A DNA stretch of 64,000 bases, taken from assembly GCA_964549505.1 (NCBI GenBank), contig CAZJVD010000004.1:102545-166544 (forward strand). Direction: 5' to 3'. A program made the position numbers and the translations under genes. This document shows positions 28,332 to 37,344 of the stretch, in pieces (within the stretch, counting starts at the first letter, position 1; each line of letters starts with the position of its first letter). The notes below the pieces were generated by a model. That model saw nothing but the letters and a program-made list of their open reading frames with translations. It was not told where the DNA came from and did not search any database. The stretch comes from an uncultured Oligoflexia bacterium. GTDB taxonomy: Bacteria > Bdellovibrionota > UBA1018 > CAZJVD01.

Positions 28332-30944
28332 TCAAAACAGAGCGAGCAAACTGCTTGCCCACTTCTGATAAAAGCGGTCCTCAATGGTGACCGGTGTACC
28401 GGCCACGACTTTGCGGAGCGTCTCCTTCGCGTTAGACGGATCCACCGTGCTGGAAGCCGTGAGCGATCGCAATGCCAAGAAGAACGAAGCTTTGATTTCG
28501 AACTTCGCCTTGTTTGCTTCAGCCATGAACTGCAGCACGTTGATCTTGCTGAGCAAGAACGATTGAATCAGCTGGTCTTCGGGGTTCGAAAACGCTGTCA
28601 CTGTCATCAGACCTTGATTCGCGGTTTCTTGACTCTCGCCAATGGCGACCGTGGCCCAGCGAAGCAGAGCGAACTCCGAATCCGAAGGGTCAGACGTTAG
28701 CTTTTCAATCATGGTTCGCGCATTCGTATAATCCCCTTTGAGGACGAGGGCACGGACGAGCATCTGCTGTGCCTGTGGAAAATCAGGTACGGAAGCCACG
28801 CACTGCCGAAGCAAGCTCTCTGCCTCGTGCGCAGCGAGATCGCCGGTCGCATGATCGAAGTTTAGCTTGGCTCCAACCCAGCGTTTGAACGCACGCGCAG
28901 CTTTTCCTACCGACGATTCAGAATCGTCCGATGACGCTTGCCGGGTGGCATCCACGCAAAGGCTTGGGTCCGAGGTAAACGCGCTCGACCATCGGGCATA
29001 CGCGTCCGCATTGTTGCCGGAAGCGAACTCGATAATACCGAGCATGATCAACGACGGTGCGATCATGTTCGCGCCGACCTGGCCCGATTGTGCCGATGGC
29101 CCCGACACTCTGGCAAGCTCGATGGTTCGTTCCAGTGATCGGCGGGCTTCTACCAAGTTGTGTAACTGAAAGAGTAAGTTGCCGCGCTGAAATGAATAAG
29201 CAATCAACTGCTCCGCCGAAGAACGCGACTCATTGAAAAGCGACCAATACTGATCGAGATCTTCGAGTGCGCTCTGAAGATTTCCCATCTTACGATTGGC
29301 CTGCGAGCGCAGCCAGTAAAGGTTCGCATTTTCTGGATCCTGTCTGAGTGCGGACGAGAAGTAATTGATGGCGCTCGCCACGTCGCCGTTTGCCATGACA
29401 AAACTTCCGCGTGCGGCAGCAGCCTCGGCATCCATGGGTCTCAGCTTGAACTCGCCATTCGACACTGCTGTCGCGAGCACACGTCCCTGGGGGCGCAGAA
29501 CACGATAGCGGTCATAACTGTCGTTGAACAGGCGCTCCACCGCTCCGGCTCCTTTCGCCATGACAGCGGCGGCTGTAAGGTGGGCTTGTGCGCTGTCATA
29601 GTCCCCTCTCAGCGCGTAACAAAGAGCTTGTCCCACGTCACCGTCCGGACTCGTAGGGTCCACTCGACATACCGACGCATAATCTTGGCAAGCCAAGTCC
29701 TCGCGATAGAGGCCCAGAAGAACATCACTGCGGGCTTTGAAAATCTTTGCGATCGGATCAAAGTCGTTTTCAATGGCTGTTGTGAAAGCATCGGCCGCCT
29801 CCATTAAAAGGCCCTTCGCTGCGAACACGGTTCCTCGCAAGTAGTAAAGCTCGGGGTCTTTCGACTGCGTTGAGGCCGACAGACGTGAAAGAATCGCGTG
29901 GGCTTCATCCATCTTTTCGAGCGCAATCAACGCCCGTGCGAGGCCTTGTTGGCAGGCGGCTGAAGCTTGGGCTTCAGCTGAGAGGCCTTCGAAAGTATCG
30001 ACGACGAGACCCGGGCTCGAAAAACGCGACAGTGCGACGAAGCGACTGACTTCGATCGCGCCGGCGTTCGTACCCACCCGATTTGCGGTGACGATGTCAC
30101 GTTCGAGTTGGATCATACTGCCGGCCGTTGCGATCCGTGCTGGCATCAGGGCTGCGACTTCTCTTCGTAGGGACTCGCACTCTGCCGGACGGTATTCGCA
30201 ATAGAGATGGAATCCTTCTTCGGCGGCGAGGTCGTTGCGAATTTTATACTGATTTTTGACCGAGTGCTGCCACTGAACCGAAAGACCTGGAACACTGTTC
30301 GCGAACTGTTTCAAGTAACGATCTGCTTCTGTAAATCGTCCCAGCGCTATCAGAGACTCTTCGAGTTCGCTGAGTGCGCGATCTCGTAATGGGTTGGTCA
30401 TCTGGGCGAATGTTGCTTCGAGATCCGTGACCGCGTCTGCATACTGATGGCTCTCGGATCGGCATATTCCTCTCAGGAGACGAACCTGGGCAGCTCTCGG
30501 GTGAGCCCACGAAACCTCGAGCGCGGAAGTGAACGCACCGACAGCCTTATGCCATTCGGGTGAGAGGTGCTTGAACTTGTCAGCCATGTAATGGAGGCCC
30601 ATGGCCTCATAAAACTCGAAACTTCCCGCTGGATGCTCTCGAGAAATCGCAGCCTCCTCGCCGCGGTACTCTAGGAGCTCTGCGGTCCTGAGACGCTGCA
30701 GCTCTTTTGAAACACGTCCTTCCAAGTCGCCCGCGACTGCATCAGGGCCCGGAGGATAAGTCTCAGAATCCTCTCGACTGGGTCTCTGAATAGGAGGGCA
30801 CATCTCTTGAGGCGATCCATCAGCACCGTGCCCGCCGCCCGCTACTCCGCCCACGCCGCCGCCAGCCGCGCCACCACCGCCCGCACCGCCTTGCGCGAAT
30901 GTCAGCGTCGGAAACAAAAGAACAACCCATAGAACTGATTTCAT
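28332..30944 (-). CDS. Secreted TPR-repeat protein with Gly-rich N-terminal linker
   Basis: 870 aa. Signal peptide 'VLLFPTLTFAQ', then a GGAGGGGAAGGGVGG tract, then many TPR-like helical repeats (recurring 'A...Y..LG/RG' patterns). Confidence 0.6.
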   Translation of the reverse strand: MKSVLWVVLLFPTLTFAQGGAGGGGAAGGGVGGVAGGGHGADGSPQEMCPPIQRPSREDSETYPPGPDAVAGDLEGRVSKELQRLRTAELLEYRGEEAAISREHPAGSFEFYEAMGLHYMADKFKHLSPEWHKAVGAFTSALEVSWAHPRAAQVRLLRGICRSESHQYADAVTDLEATFAQMTNPLRDRALSELEESLIALGRFTEADRYLKQFANSVPGLSVQWQHSVKNQYKIRNDLAAEEGFHLYCEYRPAECESLRREVAALMPARIATAGSMIQLERDIVTANRVGTNAGAIEVSRFVALSRFSSPGLVVDTFEGLSAEAQASAACQQGLARALIALEKMDEAHAILSRLSASTQSKDPELYYLRGTVFAAKGLLMEAADAFTTAIENDFDPIAKIFKARSDVLLGLYREDLACQDYASVCRVDPTSPDGDVGQALCYALRGDYDSAQAHLTAAAVMAKGAGAVERLFNDSYDRYRVLRPQGRVLATAVSNGEFKLRPMDAEAAAARGSFVMANGDVASAINYFSSALRQDPENANLYWLRSQANRKMGNLQSALEDLDQYWSLFNESRSSAEQLIAYSFQRGNLLFQLHNLVEARRSLERTIELARVSGPSAQSGQVGANMIAPSLIMLGIIEFASGNNADAYARWSSAFTSDPSLCVDATRQASSDDSESSVGKAARAFKRWVGAKLNFDHATGDLAAHEAESLLRQCVASVPDFPQAQQMLVRALVLKGDYTNARTMIEKLTSDPSDSEFALLRWATVAIGESQETANQGLMTVTAFSNPEDQLIQSFLLSKINVLQFMAEANKAKFEIKASFFLALRSLTASSTVDPSNAKETLRKVVAGTPVTIEDRFYQKWASSLLALF

Positions 30945-32173
30945 GGTCGACCGCCGCTACGTGGTGGAGTGACTCCCCCGCGACCGCGAGAAATTCTTTC
31001 CTCGAGCGAAGACGGAAGATTCGGACGGGTGTCCCGTCCTGGGCGCGAGCGCCCCGCCGAGGCTCCAGATGTCTCGTAAGTCCTGGACGCATTGATACGA
31101 TTCTCTAGATTTCCCGTCGAACGAGCTAAAGGATCGGGCCGAGGATCGCCGCCATTACCGCCCCCATCAGGATCGACCGGATAGTAACCCTGACTGCCGT
31201 TTTTCTTCGGTGGCTCGGGTTTCGTTTCGTCGTCTTTGTTCGGAGCGCAGTAACGAATGACCTCTTCTTTAAGTTTTCGATTGGCATTGTCGAGGTCCTC
31301 CTGCTTTTGCTCGCTGCTCTCGATCGTTTCCTGCTTCTTTTCCAACTCTGTTTTCTGGTCTTCTAACTTCTTGTCTCTGGATTCGATTTCCTTCTTCTGC
31401 TCGTCGATGGTCTTGTCCTTTTTTTCTGACTCAGCTCGGAGCTTTTCGTTTTCGCGGACAAGTTCTTCAAACCTTTGCGTGTCATTCGGTTTTTCGGTGA
31501 CCTTATCGGCGACGATATTCGAAGCGATATCGACCACAAATCTGACAATCGTTCTGCCGATCGATGAAGCGGGTGCCATGCCTAATTGATCCGTTTTGCT
31601 CATTCGAGTCGGTGGCTGCATTTTGGCTTCCATATCGAAGCGGGGTGCGTAGCGGTCCACGAGACCTTGAGCTTTGCCTTGTTTCAAGACCTCGACTTTG
31701 GCCAGCAGTGATCCCATCATGTCTTGAGTCATCGGCTGGCCGATTCCGAAACGGTCTTGCATCACGCGACCGAGGTTGGGATTGATCGATCCAAGTCCGG
31801 GCGCCATCATATGAGTGATTTCCGGAATTCCAAGACGTTGACCCCGTTGCATAAGCGCCATACTCGGGAGAACAATGGCCTGATTCGCGCCAAACTGAAT
31901 GGCATTTTGCAGCGTGCGATTTCGAAACTCGCTCGGATTTCGTGTTAGAGGAAAACGTTCAGCACCGTCGAGAATCTGCGTGCCTAAGCGTAGGGCTTCG
32001 ATAGGGTCGAAAAACTTTTGATGGTTGCCGCCCTCGACGTCCACTTCTTCTGTGTAAGAAAGAGATCCGGTGATCTCGTCCGCGACACCTCGGATCCAGG
32101 TGTCCTGACTGTGTACGGGTGCCGCTGCCAGTAGAAAAGTGATCGAAAACAAAAATGAAAAGCCGACATTCAT
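30941..32173 (-). CDS. Secreted protein with central coiled-coil (KE-rich) segment
   Basis: Signal peptide 'LLAAAPVHSQ' and a central 'EKLRAESEKKDKTIDEQKKEIESRDKKLEDQKTELEKKQETIESSEQKQEDL' heptad-like region. Its stop overlaps the TPR gene start (ATGA). Confidence 0.5.
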   Translation of the reverse strand: MNVGFSFLFSITFLLAAAPVHSQDTWIRGVADEITGSLSYTEEVDVEGGNHQKFFDPIEALRLGTQILDGAERFPLTRNPSEFRNRTLQNAIQFGANQAIVLPSMALMQRGQRLGIPEITHMMAPGLGSINPNLGRVMQDRFGIGQPMTQDMMGSLLAKVEVLKQGKAQGLVDRYAPRFDMEAKMQPPTRMSKTDQLGMAPASSIGRTIVRFVVDIASNIVADKVTEKPNDTQRFEELVRENEKLRAESEKKDKTIDEQKKEIESRDKKLEDQKTELEKKQETIESSEQKQEDLDNANRKLKEEVIRYCAPNKDDETKPEPPKKNGSQGYYPVDPDGGGNGGDPRPDPLARSTGNLENRINASRTYETSGASAGRSRPGRDTRPNLPSSLEERISRGRGGVTPPRSGGRP

Positions 32174-32318
32174 GACGCGACGAATATATCTATGCCCTCA
32201 GAACGTCAAGCAAGGCGCTCGTTTTGTCTCCGTTTTTGTGCGTACCTTTTGGTATAGAAAGAGTTCTAGTCCTAAAGATGACCGAGTGGTTGACGCCTCA
32301 ACTAAGCGGGTTTTGCGT

Positions 32319-32408
32319 GGAAAGGTGGCCGAGCGGCTGAAGGCGCACGCTTGGAAAGCGTGTTATGGGTAACACCATACGAGGGTTCGAATCCCTCCCT
32401 TTCCGCCA
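32319..32408 (+). tRNA. tRNA-Ser (anticodon GGA)
   Basis: Acceptor GGAAAGG/CCTTTCC, anticodon arm CACGC-TTGGAAA-GCGTG, a long variable arm and an encoded CCA. Confidence 0.75.
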
Positions 32409-32441
32409 TTTTTAAATACCGGTATTCAGGAATTCCAGTAT

Positions 32442-32732
32442 TTAACCAGCCGCGCTTCTCTTCTTCTGAAACACGGCCTTTTCAAGTTTGGAAAGGCGGC
32501 CTTCCATTGATGACTCTGTAGCCCCAGAAGCGGCATCCCGAAGCACTTTATTAATCAAGGTCTGGTATTTCGTTCCGTTGTTCTCTGCCATTTCGCGAAA
32601 CCGCATGAGCACATCTTCCGGAATGACAATAGAGATCCGATGCCCAATTTTAGCTGGCTCGAAATCGTCTTCCGAAAGAATATCCTTCTTTCCATACTTG
32701 ATATCTGCTTTCTCAGCCTTTTTGATACTCAT
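32442..32732 (-). CDS. Ribbon-helix-helix (BrnA/CopG-like) putative antitoxin
   Basis: The C-terminal 'ISIVIPEDVLMRFREMAENNGTKYQTLINKVLRD' matches the RHH/BrnA-type signature. The start was trimmed to 'MSIKKAEK'. Confidence 0.45.
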   Translation of the reverse strand: MSIKKAEKADIKYGKKDILSEDDFEPAKIGHRISIVIPEDVLMRFREMAENNGTKYQTLINKVLRDAASGATESSMEGRLSKLEKAVFQKKRSAAG

Positions 32733-32946
32733 TCCAAACCTCCAAGAGATACGTTTTCCGGTTCGCCAAGTACTTCTGAATGCGATTAAGGTCTCGTTCC
32801 GTAAAGCCGCGAGAGAACAAACAGGCCAATGTTTCGATCTCAAATTTCGCCTCGTAATCAGGAGCCAGGGCATGAACATGAGGCGGTTGATGATCCTTCG
32901 GATAAACATAAATTTTAATGTTCCCGATGTAGATCACCGCTGGCAT
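32713..32946 (-). CDS. DUF4160-like small protein (putative toxin partner)
   Basis: 77 aa. 'IKIYVYPKDHQPPHVHA' is the hallmark block of DUF4160. It overlaps the downstream RHH gene by 20 bp. Confidence 0.5.
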   Translation of the reverse strand: MPAVIYIGNIKIYVYPKDHQPPHVHALAPDYEAKFEIETLACLFSRGFTERDLNRIQKYLANRKTYLLEVWNEYQKG

Positions 32947-33007
32947 ACATATTAATATATATCAAAATATATATTTGTCAAGTTTGGGTGTCATCTATAG
33001 GTCAAAT

Positions 33008-33499
33008 ATGGTGAGAATTGCCATGAGCCACGTACACACCCGAACCTGTCACTGCGGAAATCTCAGATTGGTGTTCTCCACCGGTAAAGAAACCAAAGAC
33101 CTATTCTTTAGGGAATGTCAGTGCAGTTACTGTACGCCACAGGGAGCGATTTACTGTACGGACGCCGAGGGCAGTCTTGAGATCCATTTAGACAGGAACG
33201 GTGATGTCGGTAGGTACAGTTTTGCTCTGCGGACGGCGGAGTTCTTATTTTGCAAGACTTGCGGTTGTTATCTTTGCGCAGTTCAAGAGAAGGAGGGGAA
33301 AACAAAGGCCGTCATCAATGCCAGATACTTTCCGACACTTCTCCCGACAGTTCTCAAGGCTGCCGACAACATCCGTTCCGTAAACTTTGATGGCGAATCG
33401 GCTGAGGCACGCACAGCTCGTCATGACAAGAACTGGACACCCGCCGAAGTGATAAACGGTCGGTCGAGCGAGAACTCCCCAGAGTTTAAAAAAAGTTAA
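33008..33499 (+). CDS. GFA (glutathione-dependent formaldehyde-activating/CENP-V-like) family protein
   Basis: Zn-binding Cys pattern 'CHCG...CQCSYC...CKTCG'. Start uncertain (33008 or 33023). Confidence 0.6.
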   Translation: MVRIAMSHVHTRTCHCGNLRLVFSTGKETKDLFFRECQCSYCTPQGAIYCTDAEGSLEIHLDRNGDVGRYSFALRTAEFLFCKTCGCYLCAVQEKEGKTKAVINARYFPTLLPTVLKAADNIRSVNFDGESAEARTARHDKNWTPAEVINGRSSENSPEFKKS

Positions 33500-33561
33500 A
33501 CTTTGTGCCTTTACTCCCGATGAGACGGAATAACGGGGGAAATTCGGTGATCAATCATAAG

Positions 33562-33981
33562 ATGCTCAAGATGCTTGGCTGTGTTTCTTTGTTCCTAACC
33601 TTGTTTTTTTCTCATGCCGCAAACGCTGCTTGCACTTGTGCTCCGCCTTACAATGATTGGCTCCACCCCTACGATGAGGAAACTCTTGTAAAGGTATCCG
33701 ACACCTGCACCCTGTTCCCGCAAGGTTCGTGTTTTGCTAATTCTGGTCTTTGTTACTACAGCTGCGATGGCTACGGGATGCAACAGCCTTGCATCACGAA
33801 AACAGCTCTGAACGGGACAAAAAGTTGCGGCTGTCCGGTTGCTCCTTTTGGTTGTCAGGTAACCAGCAGTGACTGCAATAGCTTCCCCTCTGATCACTGT
33901 ACTGGCATGTGCGAGTGGACTTTCACTTACACTATTTCGGGAAGCACCGGTGGGGCGATTACTTACTGCAACCAGCAGTAA
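33562..33981 (+). CDS. Small secreted Cys-rich hypothetical protein
   Basis: Signal peptide 'LGCVSLFLTLFFSHAANA' and 18 Cys in about 120 mature residues. Confidence 0.45.
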   Translation: MLKMLGCVSLFLTLFFSHAANAACTCAPPYNDWLHPYDEETLVKVSDTCTLFPQGSCFANSGLCYYSCDGYGMQQPCITKTALNGTKSCGCPVAPFGCQVTSSDCNSFPSDHCTGMCEWTFTYTISGSTGGAITYCNQQ

Positions 33982-33996
33982 GAAGTCGATCGAGCG

Positions 33997-34323
33997 TTAT
34001 TCCTTAGCTCGGCCACTGTGCGATTCTAAAAGACACGAATCATAAGCCGGGTCACCTGACTGTACGAGAACACCGTTTTTGGTCGTGCAGTTCACTCCAA
34101 AACGAATCGGTGACGTCTTGGGAGCAGGCGCAGTCGGGGCTGTCTTTTGTTCGAGCATCGTTTCAGCCGCGCCAGCATGCTTGGCTTCCTTAAGTTCCTT
34201 TTTTGTCGCTTTTGAAGCGCGCGGTGCAAGATCTGGTTTCTTTGCAGCTGTGCTCGTGTCGCCCTGAGCACTTGCAACCATGAAGGACGCCGTCAGTATC
34301 ACCACCGTCATAAAGTTATTCAT
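33997..34323 (-). CDS. Small secreted hypothetical protein (Ala/Lys/Pro-rich)
   Basis: Signal peptide 'VVILTASFMVASAQG'. Confidence 0.35.
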   Translation of the reverse strand: MNNFMTVVILTASFMVASAQGDTSTAAKKPDLAPRASKATKKELKEAKHAGAAETMLEQKTAPTAPAPKTSPIRFGVNCTTKNGVLVQSGDPAYDSCLLESHSGRAKE

Positions 34324-34398
34324 TGCGATCGATTTAACACAGGCCCAAGCGCATGGAAACGGCCACTCTGTCGCAGAATCATGTAAAATATAAGACGC

Positions 34399-35259
34399 AT
34401 GAGCTCCGCAAAGTCGCTCTTTCTTTTGGTGTTGGGAGTCGGCGTGACGTTCTGGATCCTCTCGAGTTTTTTCGGCCGAGAGCCGGACGTACCGCTGGAG
34501 GTGTCCGACGACTCAGACACTCCTCGCGTGACCCCCGTGCCGTCGCCGCAGAAAGCCCTCGTCGCTGCGCCGATCGCCGCCGTTGAGGATGCGGAGCCGC
34601 ATCCGAAAGAAATTAAAGAAAATACTCCGGACGCGCCAATGACCGCCGCACCCGTGGCGCCAGGTGCACCCGAAGTTTTCCGCGCGGACAATCAGGCCCA
34701 AGCGACGGCGGAGACCCAAGAGACGGCGGAGGCCACGCTGCCTGATGACCGTGGGGGTAAGGTTGCGCGTCAGTATGTGGGATGGGGAGTTCTGACGGGT
34801 GAACGAAACTTTAACGGCTGTAAGAAGGGCGAACCGGGCTGGTTCATCTATGGTGAAAACGTCAGCGACTATAAGTTCGTGTTACCGTCGGCGAGTGAGG
34901 ACGCAAACGCTACCGCGATGATCGAGTCCGTTCACGACAAACCTCGACCCGAGAGTGGCATTCTCGCTCACTGTGCTGACGGTCCGTTTAAGCCAGGTGA
35001 GAGGATTCGTGTGAGGGCGTCGGTCAAGTCGAACGGAGTTCAGGATTGGGCCACTCTCTTTCTTCGCGCCAAAAATCGCTTTGGAGAGACGCTGAAGTAC
35101 GAACGTACCGTCATTCGAGAGCATCCGGGTTGGAGGGTAAAAGCAGTTGAGATGGAGGTGCCGGAGGGCACGACCGCTGTGACGTATGGAGTACTTCTGG
35201 AAACGGTCGGGAAGGTTTGGATTAAGAAAGTTTCGGTGACACGTGTCCCGGGACCTTGA
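34399..35259 (+). CDS. Membrane-anchored hypothetical protein with Pro/Ala-rich linker
   Basis: One N-terminal TM segment 'LFLLVLGVGVTFWILSSFF', an acidic Pro-rich linker, then a roughly 150-aa C-terminal domain. Confidence 0.45.
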   Translation: MSSAKSLFLLVLGVGVTFWILSSFFGREPDVPLEVSDDSDTPRVTPVPSPQKALVAAPIAAVEDAEPHPKEIKENTPDAPMTAAPVAPGAPEVFRADNQAQATAETQETAEATLPDDRGGKVARQYVGWGVLTGERNFNGCKKGEPGWFIYGENVSDYKFVLPSASEDANATAMIESVHDKPRPESGILAHCADGPFKPGERIRVRASVKSNGVQDWATLFLRAKNRFGETLKYERTVIREHPGWRVKAVEMEVPEGTTAVTYGVLLETVGKVWIKKVSVTRVPGP

Positions 35260-35273
35260 ACGCGCCCGTTCGT

Positions 35274-35693
35274 CTATTTGACGAAAACTGTGATGGTCTT
35301 AGCCCACGCCGGTCCGTAACTCGCATGGGTTCCGTCGGCGAACTGTAGCGTGAGTGAGTGTGTTCCCGGCGCCAGGCTGACTTCGGTTTCCGTCTGACCT
35401 TTTCCAAAATGCAGATGTTTCTCATCGGCCGGGACAATCGTTCCAGCCGGCAGTGACCGTTCCGCGTCGATCAGAAGATGATGGTGACCCGTGCCTTTTT
35501 CGAGAGCTCCGGCTGGTTTGACGGTCATTCCGCGTACGCCGAATTTTACCTTCAGCGGAGAGTGGACGTTTGCACCCCGCTTCGGTTCGACGAAGAACAC
35601 GCCGTTTTTTTCTTTTGCGTGAACCGTTGAAACGGCGAGTGTTGCGGACACAAGTACTAACGACACCAACACAGAAGTTTTGAACAGAGTCAT
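35274..35693 (-). CDS. DUF4399-like periplasmic protein
   Basis: Signal peptide, 'GTGHHHLLID' and 'THSLTLQFADG' blocks typical of DUF4399. Confidence 0.5.
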   Translation of the reverse strand: MTLFKTSVLVSLVLVSATLAVSTVHAKEKNGVFFVEPKRGANVHSPLKVKFGVRGMTVKPAGALEKGTGHHHLLIDAERSLPAGTIVPADEKHLHFGKGQTETEVSLAPGTHSLTLQFADGTHASYGPAWAKTITVFVK

Positions 35694-35852
35694 CGCCCGA
35701 TCATAGCCAGAAAGAGGGTGGCTCACAATCTTTCGTGCGCGCGCGGCGCCTCTGAGTCATTTGTCTGACGGGGGTTCGTTTTTTCCTACTTCGGCACGAT
35801 TGAAATCCGAAAGAATCCACCGCTCGTTAAGCTAGGGGGAAGTGGTGGATGA

Positions 35853-36335
35853 ATGAAGACATTGTTCCTAGGGGTCGCGCTCATGACGGCACTATCGGGT
35901 CAGGCGGGTGCAACAACGCGACTCTCAAAAACCGATTCGCGGAAACTTGGCCTACAGCCACCGGTCTCCCAACCGTACTGCGAGGTTCGCGCGGTGTATG
36001 AGGGTGCCGCTCTCATGCCGCAGCAAACTAAGCCGCGCGAGGACCGAGTCTACTGGAAGCTACGAGTTCTTCGTGCTCAATCGTTCAATCAAGGTGAGTG
36101 CCCAGCATTAAGTGTGATGCGATTGGCGATTCGTGGGGCAGAGCTGAAACCCAGGAACCAGTGGCGCGGCTCTGAGTCTCGATACATGTATCCCGTTCAT
36201 ATCGTTCCCCCCGCTCTTTCCGCCGAAGTCACGGCGTTCGTTCGAAAGACCCACGTCGACAACAGTTTCACACGTGCGTCCTATGACGAATGGCTCGTCA
36301 CCGACTGGGATGATGGGTTTCATGTCGAGCCTTAG
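35853..36335 (+). CDS. Secreted hypothetical protein
   Basis: Signal peptide 'LGVALMTALSGQAGA'. Confidence 0.4.
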   Translation: MKTLFLGVALMTALSGQAGATTRLSKTDSRKLGLQPPVSQPYCEVRAVYEGAALMPQQTKPREDRVYWKLRVLRAQSFNQGECPALSVMRLAIRGAELKPRNQWRGSESRYMYPVHIVPPALSAEVTAFVRKTHVDNSFTRASYDEWLVTDWDDGFHVEP

Positions 36336-37344
36336 ACTTCTCGCCGCTGTTGCCGTTCTTGCTTTGCAAGCTCCGCGTGCGGAGGCGTTTATCTTTGTTG
36401 CGGCCGGTGGTTACAACAAAGGTGCACGACCGACAGCCAGCGCGCTTGTCTATACGAGTGGAGTCGTCAACTTTTACATCAACACGAACCAAAATGTTTA
36501 CAACGGTTCACTCAGTCCGGTTCTGTCGTCAGCTAACTTCATGGTGGCGGTGCAAAGCGGGCTGAGTCCGTGGCAAGGTGTCTGTAACCAACGCGTGACG
36601 ATCAATCTTATGGGAACGACATCGGCGTCGAAGACGACCGCTGACGGTATCAACACGATCACGTGGGACAATCGCACGACAGCCGGAGGAAATGTGCTCG
36701 GTAGCACGAGCACGCTTGCGGCGGCATTTGTGTCGAGTTCGGGAGATGCTGTTACCGATTGCGATATCGTTGTGAACGGAGAGTTCGAAACAGTCGGCAC
36801 GTTCGCGGTCGATGGTTCTTCCAATAAGTACGACCTGATCTCGACGATTGCCCATGAGGTCGGTCATTGTCTTGGGCTCGATCATCCGATCGAGCCACCG
36901 ACGTACACGGCCGGAAACAGTTATCTTCAGTACGCGACGATGGTGCAGACGGCGGTGGCTGGTTTCAACCTCTATCGACGGACGCTCAGTCAAGACGACA
37001 TCGATGGTTTTCTATGTGGCACGCATCGCCTGTTATCGGCGTCGCCGGGGTGGGATCCTTGTTCGAGTTATCATGGCACCAACGGTGGAGCCGCGATCAC
37101 GGGTGTTCAGAATGGAGGCGCGACGGGCGAGAGAGCCTCACAGTGCCAAGACGGACGGGCTCGCGATCTGATCAGCGCACAGGCAGTCGGAGCAGGTTGT
37201 GTTCTCGAGTCATTGGCGACGGACGACCCTCACTATCGCCAGAACCTGATCGCGCGTCTTCTATCTCTTGCTAGCTTCGTTTTGTCGATCGCGGCGGTCT
37301 TTGGAATCGTCAAGTGGCGAATGATCAAACGGAGAGCACCGTGA
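36322..37344 (+). CDS. Matrixin-like (M10-type) zinc metalloprotease, secreted with C-terminal TM anchor
   Basis: 'IAHEVGHCLGLDHP' is the HExxHxxGxxH zincin motif. N-terminal signal peptide and C-terminal hydrophobic 'LLSLASFVLSIAAVFGIV'. Confidence 0.65.
   Translation: MSSLRLLAAVAVLALQAPRAEAFIFVAAGGYNKGARPTASALVYTSGVVNFYINTNQNVYNGSLSPVLSSANFMVAVQSGLSPWQGVCNQRVTINLMGTTSASKTTADGINTITWDNRTTAGGNVLGSTSTLAAAFVSSSGDAVTDCDIVVNGEFETVGTFAVDGSSNKYDLISTIAHEVGHCLGLDHPIEPPTYTAGNSYLQYATMVQTAVAGFNLYRRTLSQDDIDGFLCGTHRLLSASPGWDPCSSYHGTNGGAAITGVQNGGATGERASQCQDGRARDLISAQAVGAGCVLESLATDDPHYRQNLIARLLSLASFVLSIAAVFGIVKWRMIKRRAP

Noticed and set aside
28302-28700. 132-aa plus-strand ORF at the 3' end of the TPR gene
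   Set aside because: It is antisense to the TPR CDS, with no motif and a basic low-complexity translation.
30820-30900. GC-only simple repeat (gccgcc/caccgcc tract) that looked like a microsatellite
   Set aside because: It encodes the in-frame Gly/Ala-rich linker of the TPR protein. It is not an independent repeat element, though its length could vary.
32409-32441. Short imperfect inverted repeat (TTAAATAC...GTATTTAA) right after tRNA-Ser as a possible att core
   Set aside because: It is only about 8 bp and imperfect, and I found no second copy of the tRNA-Ser 3' end in the window, so evidence for integration is insufficient.
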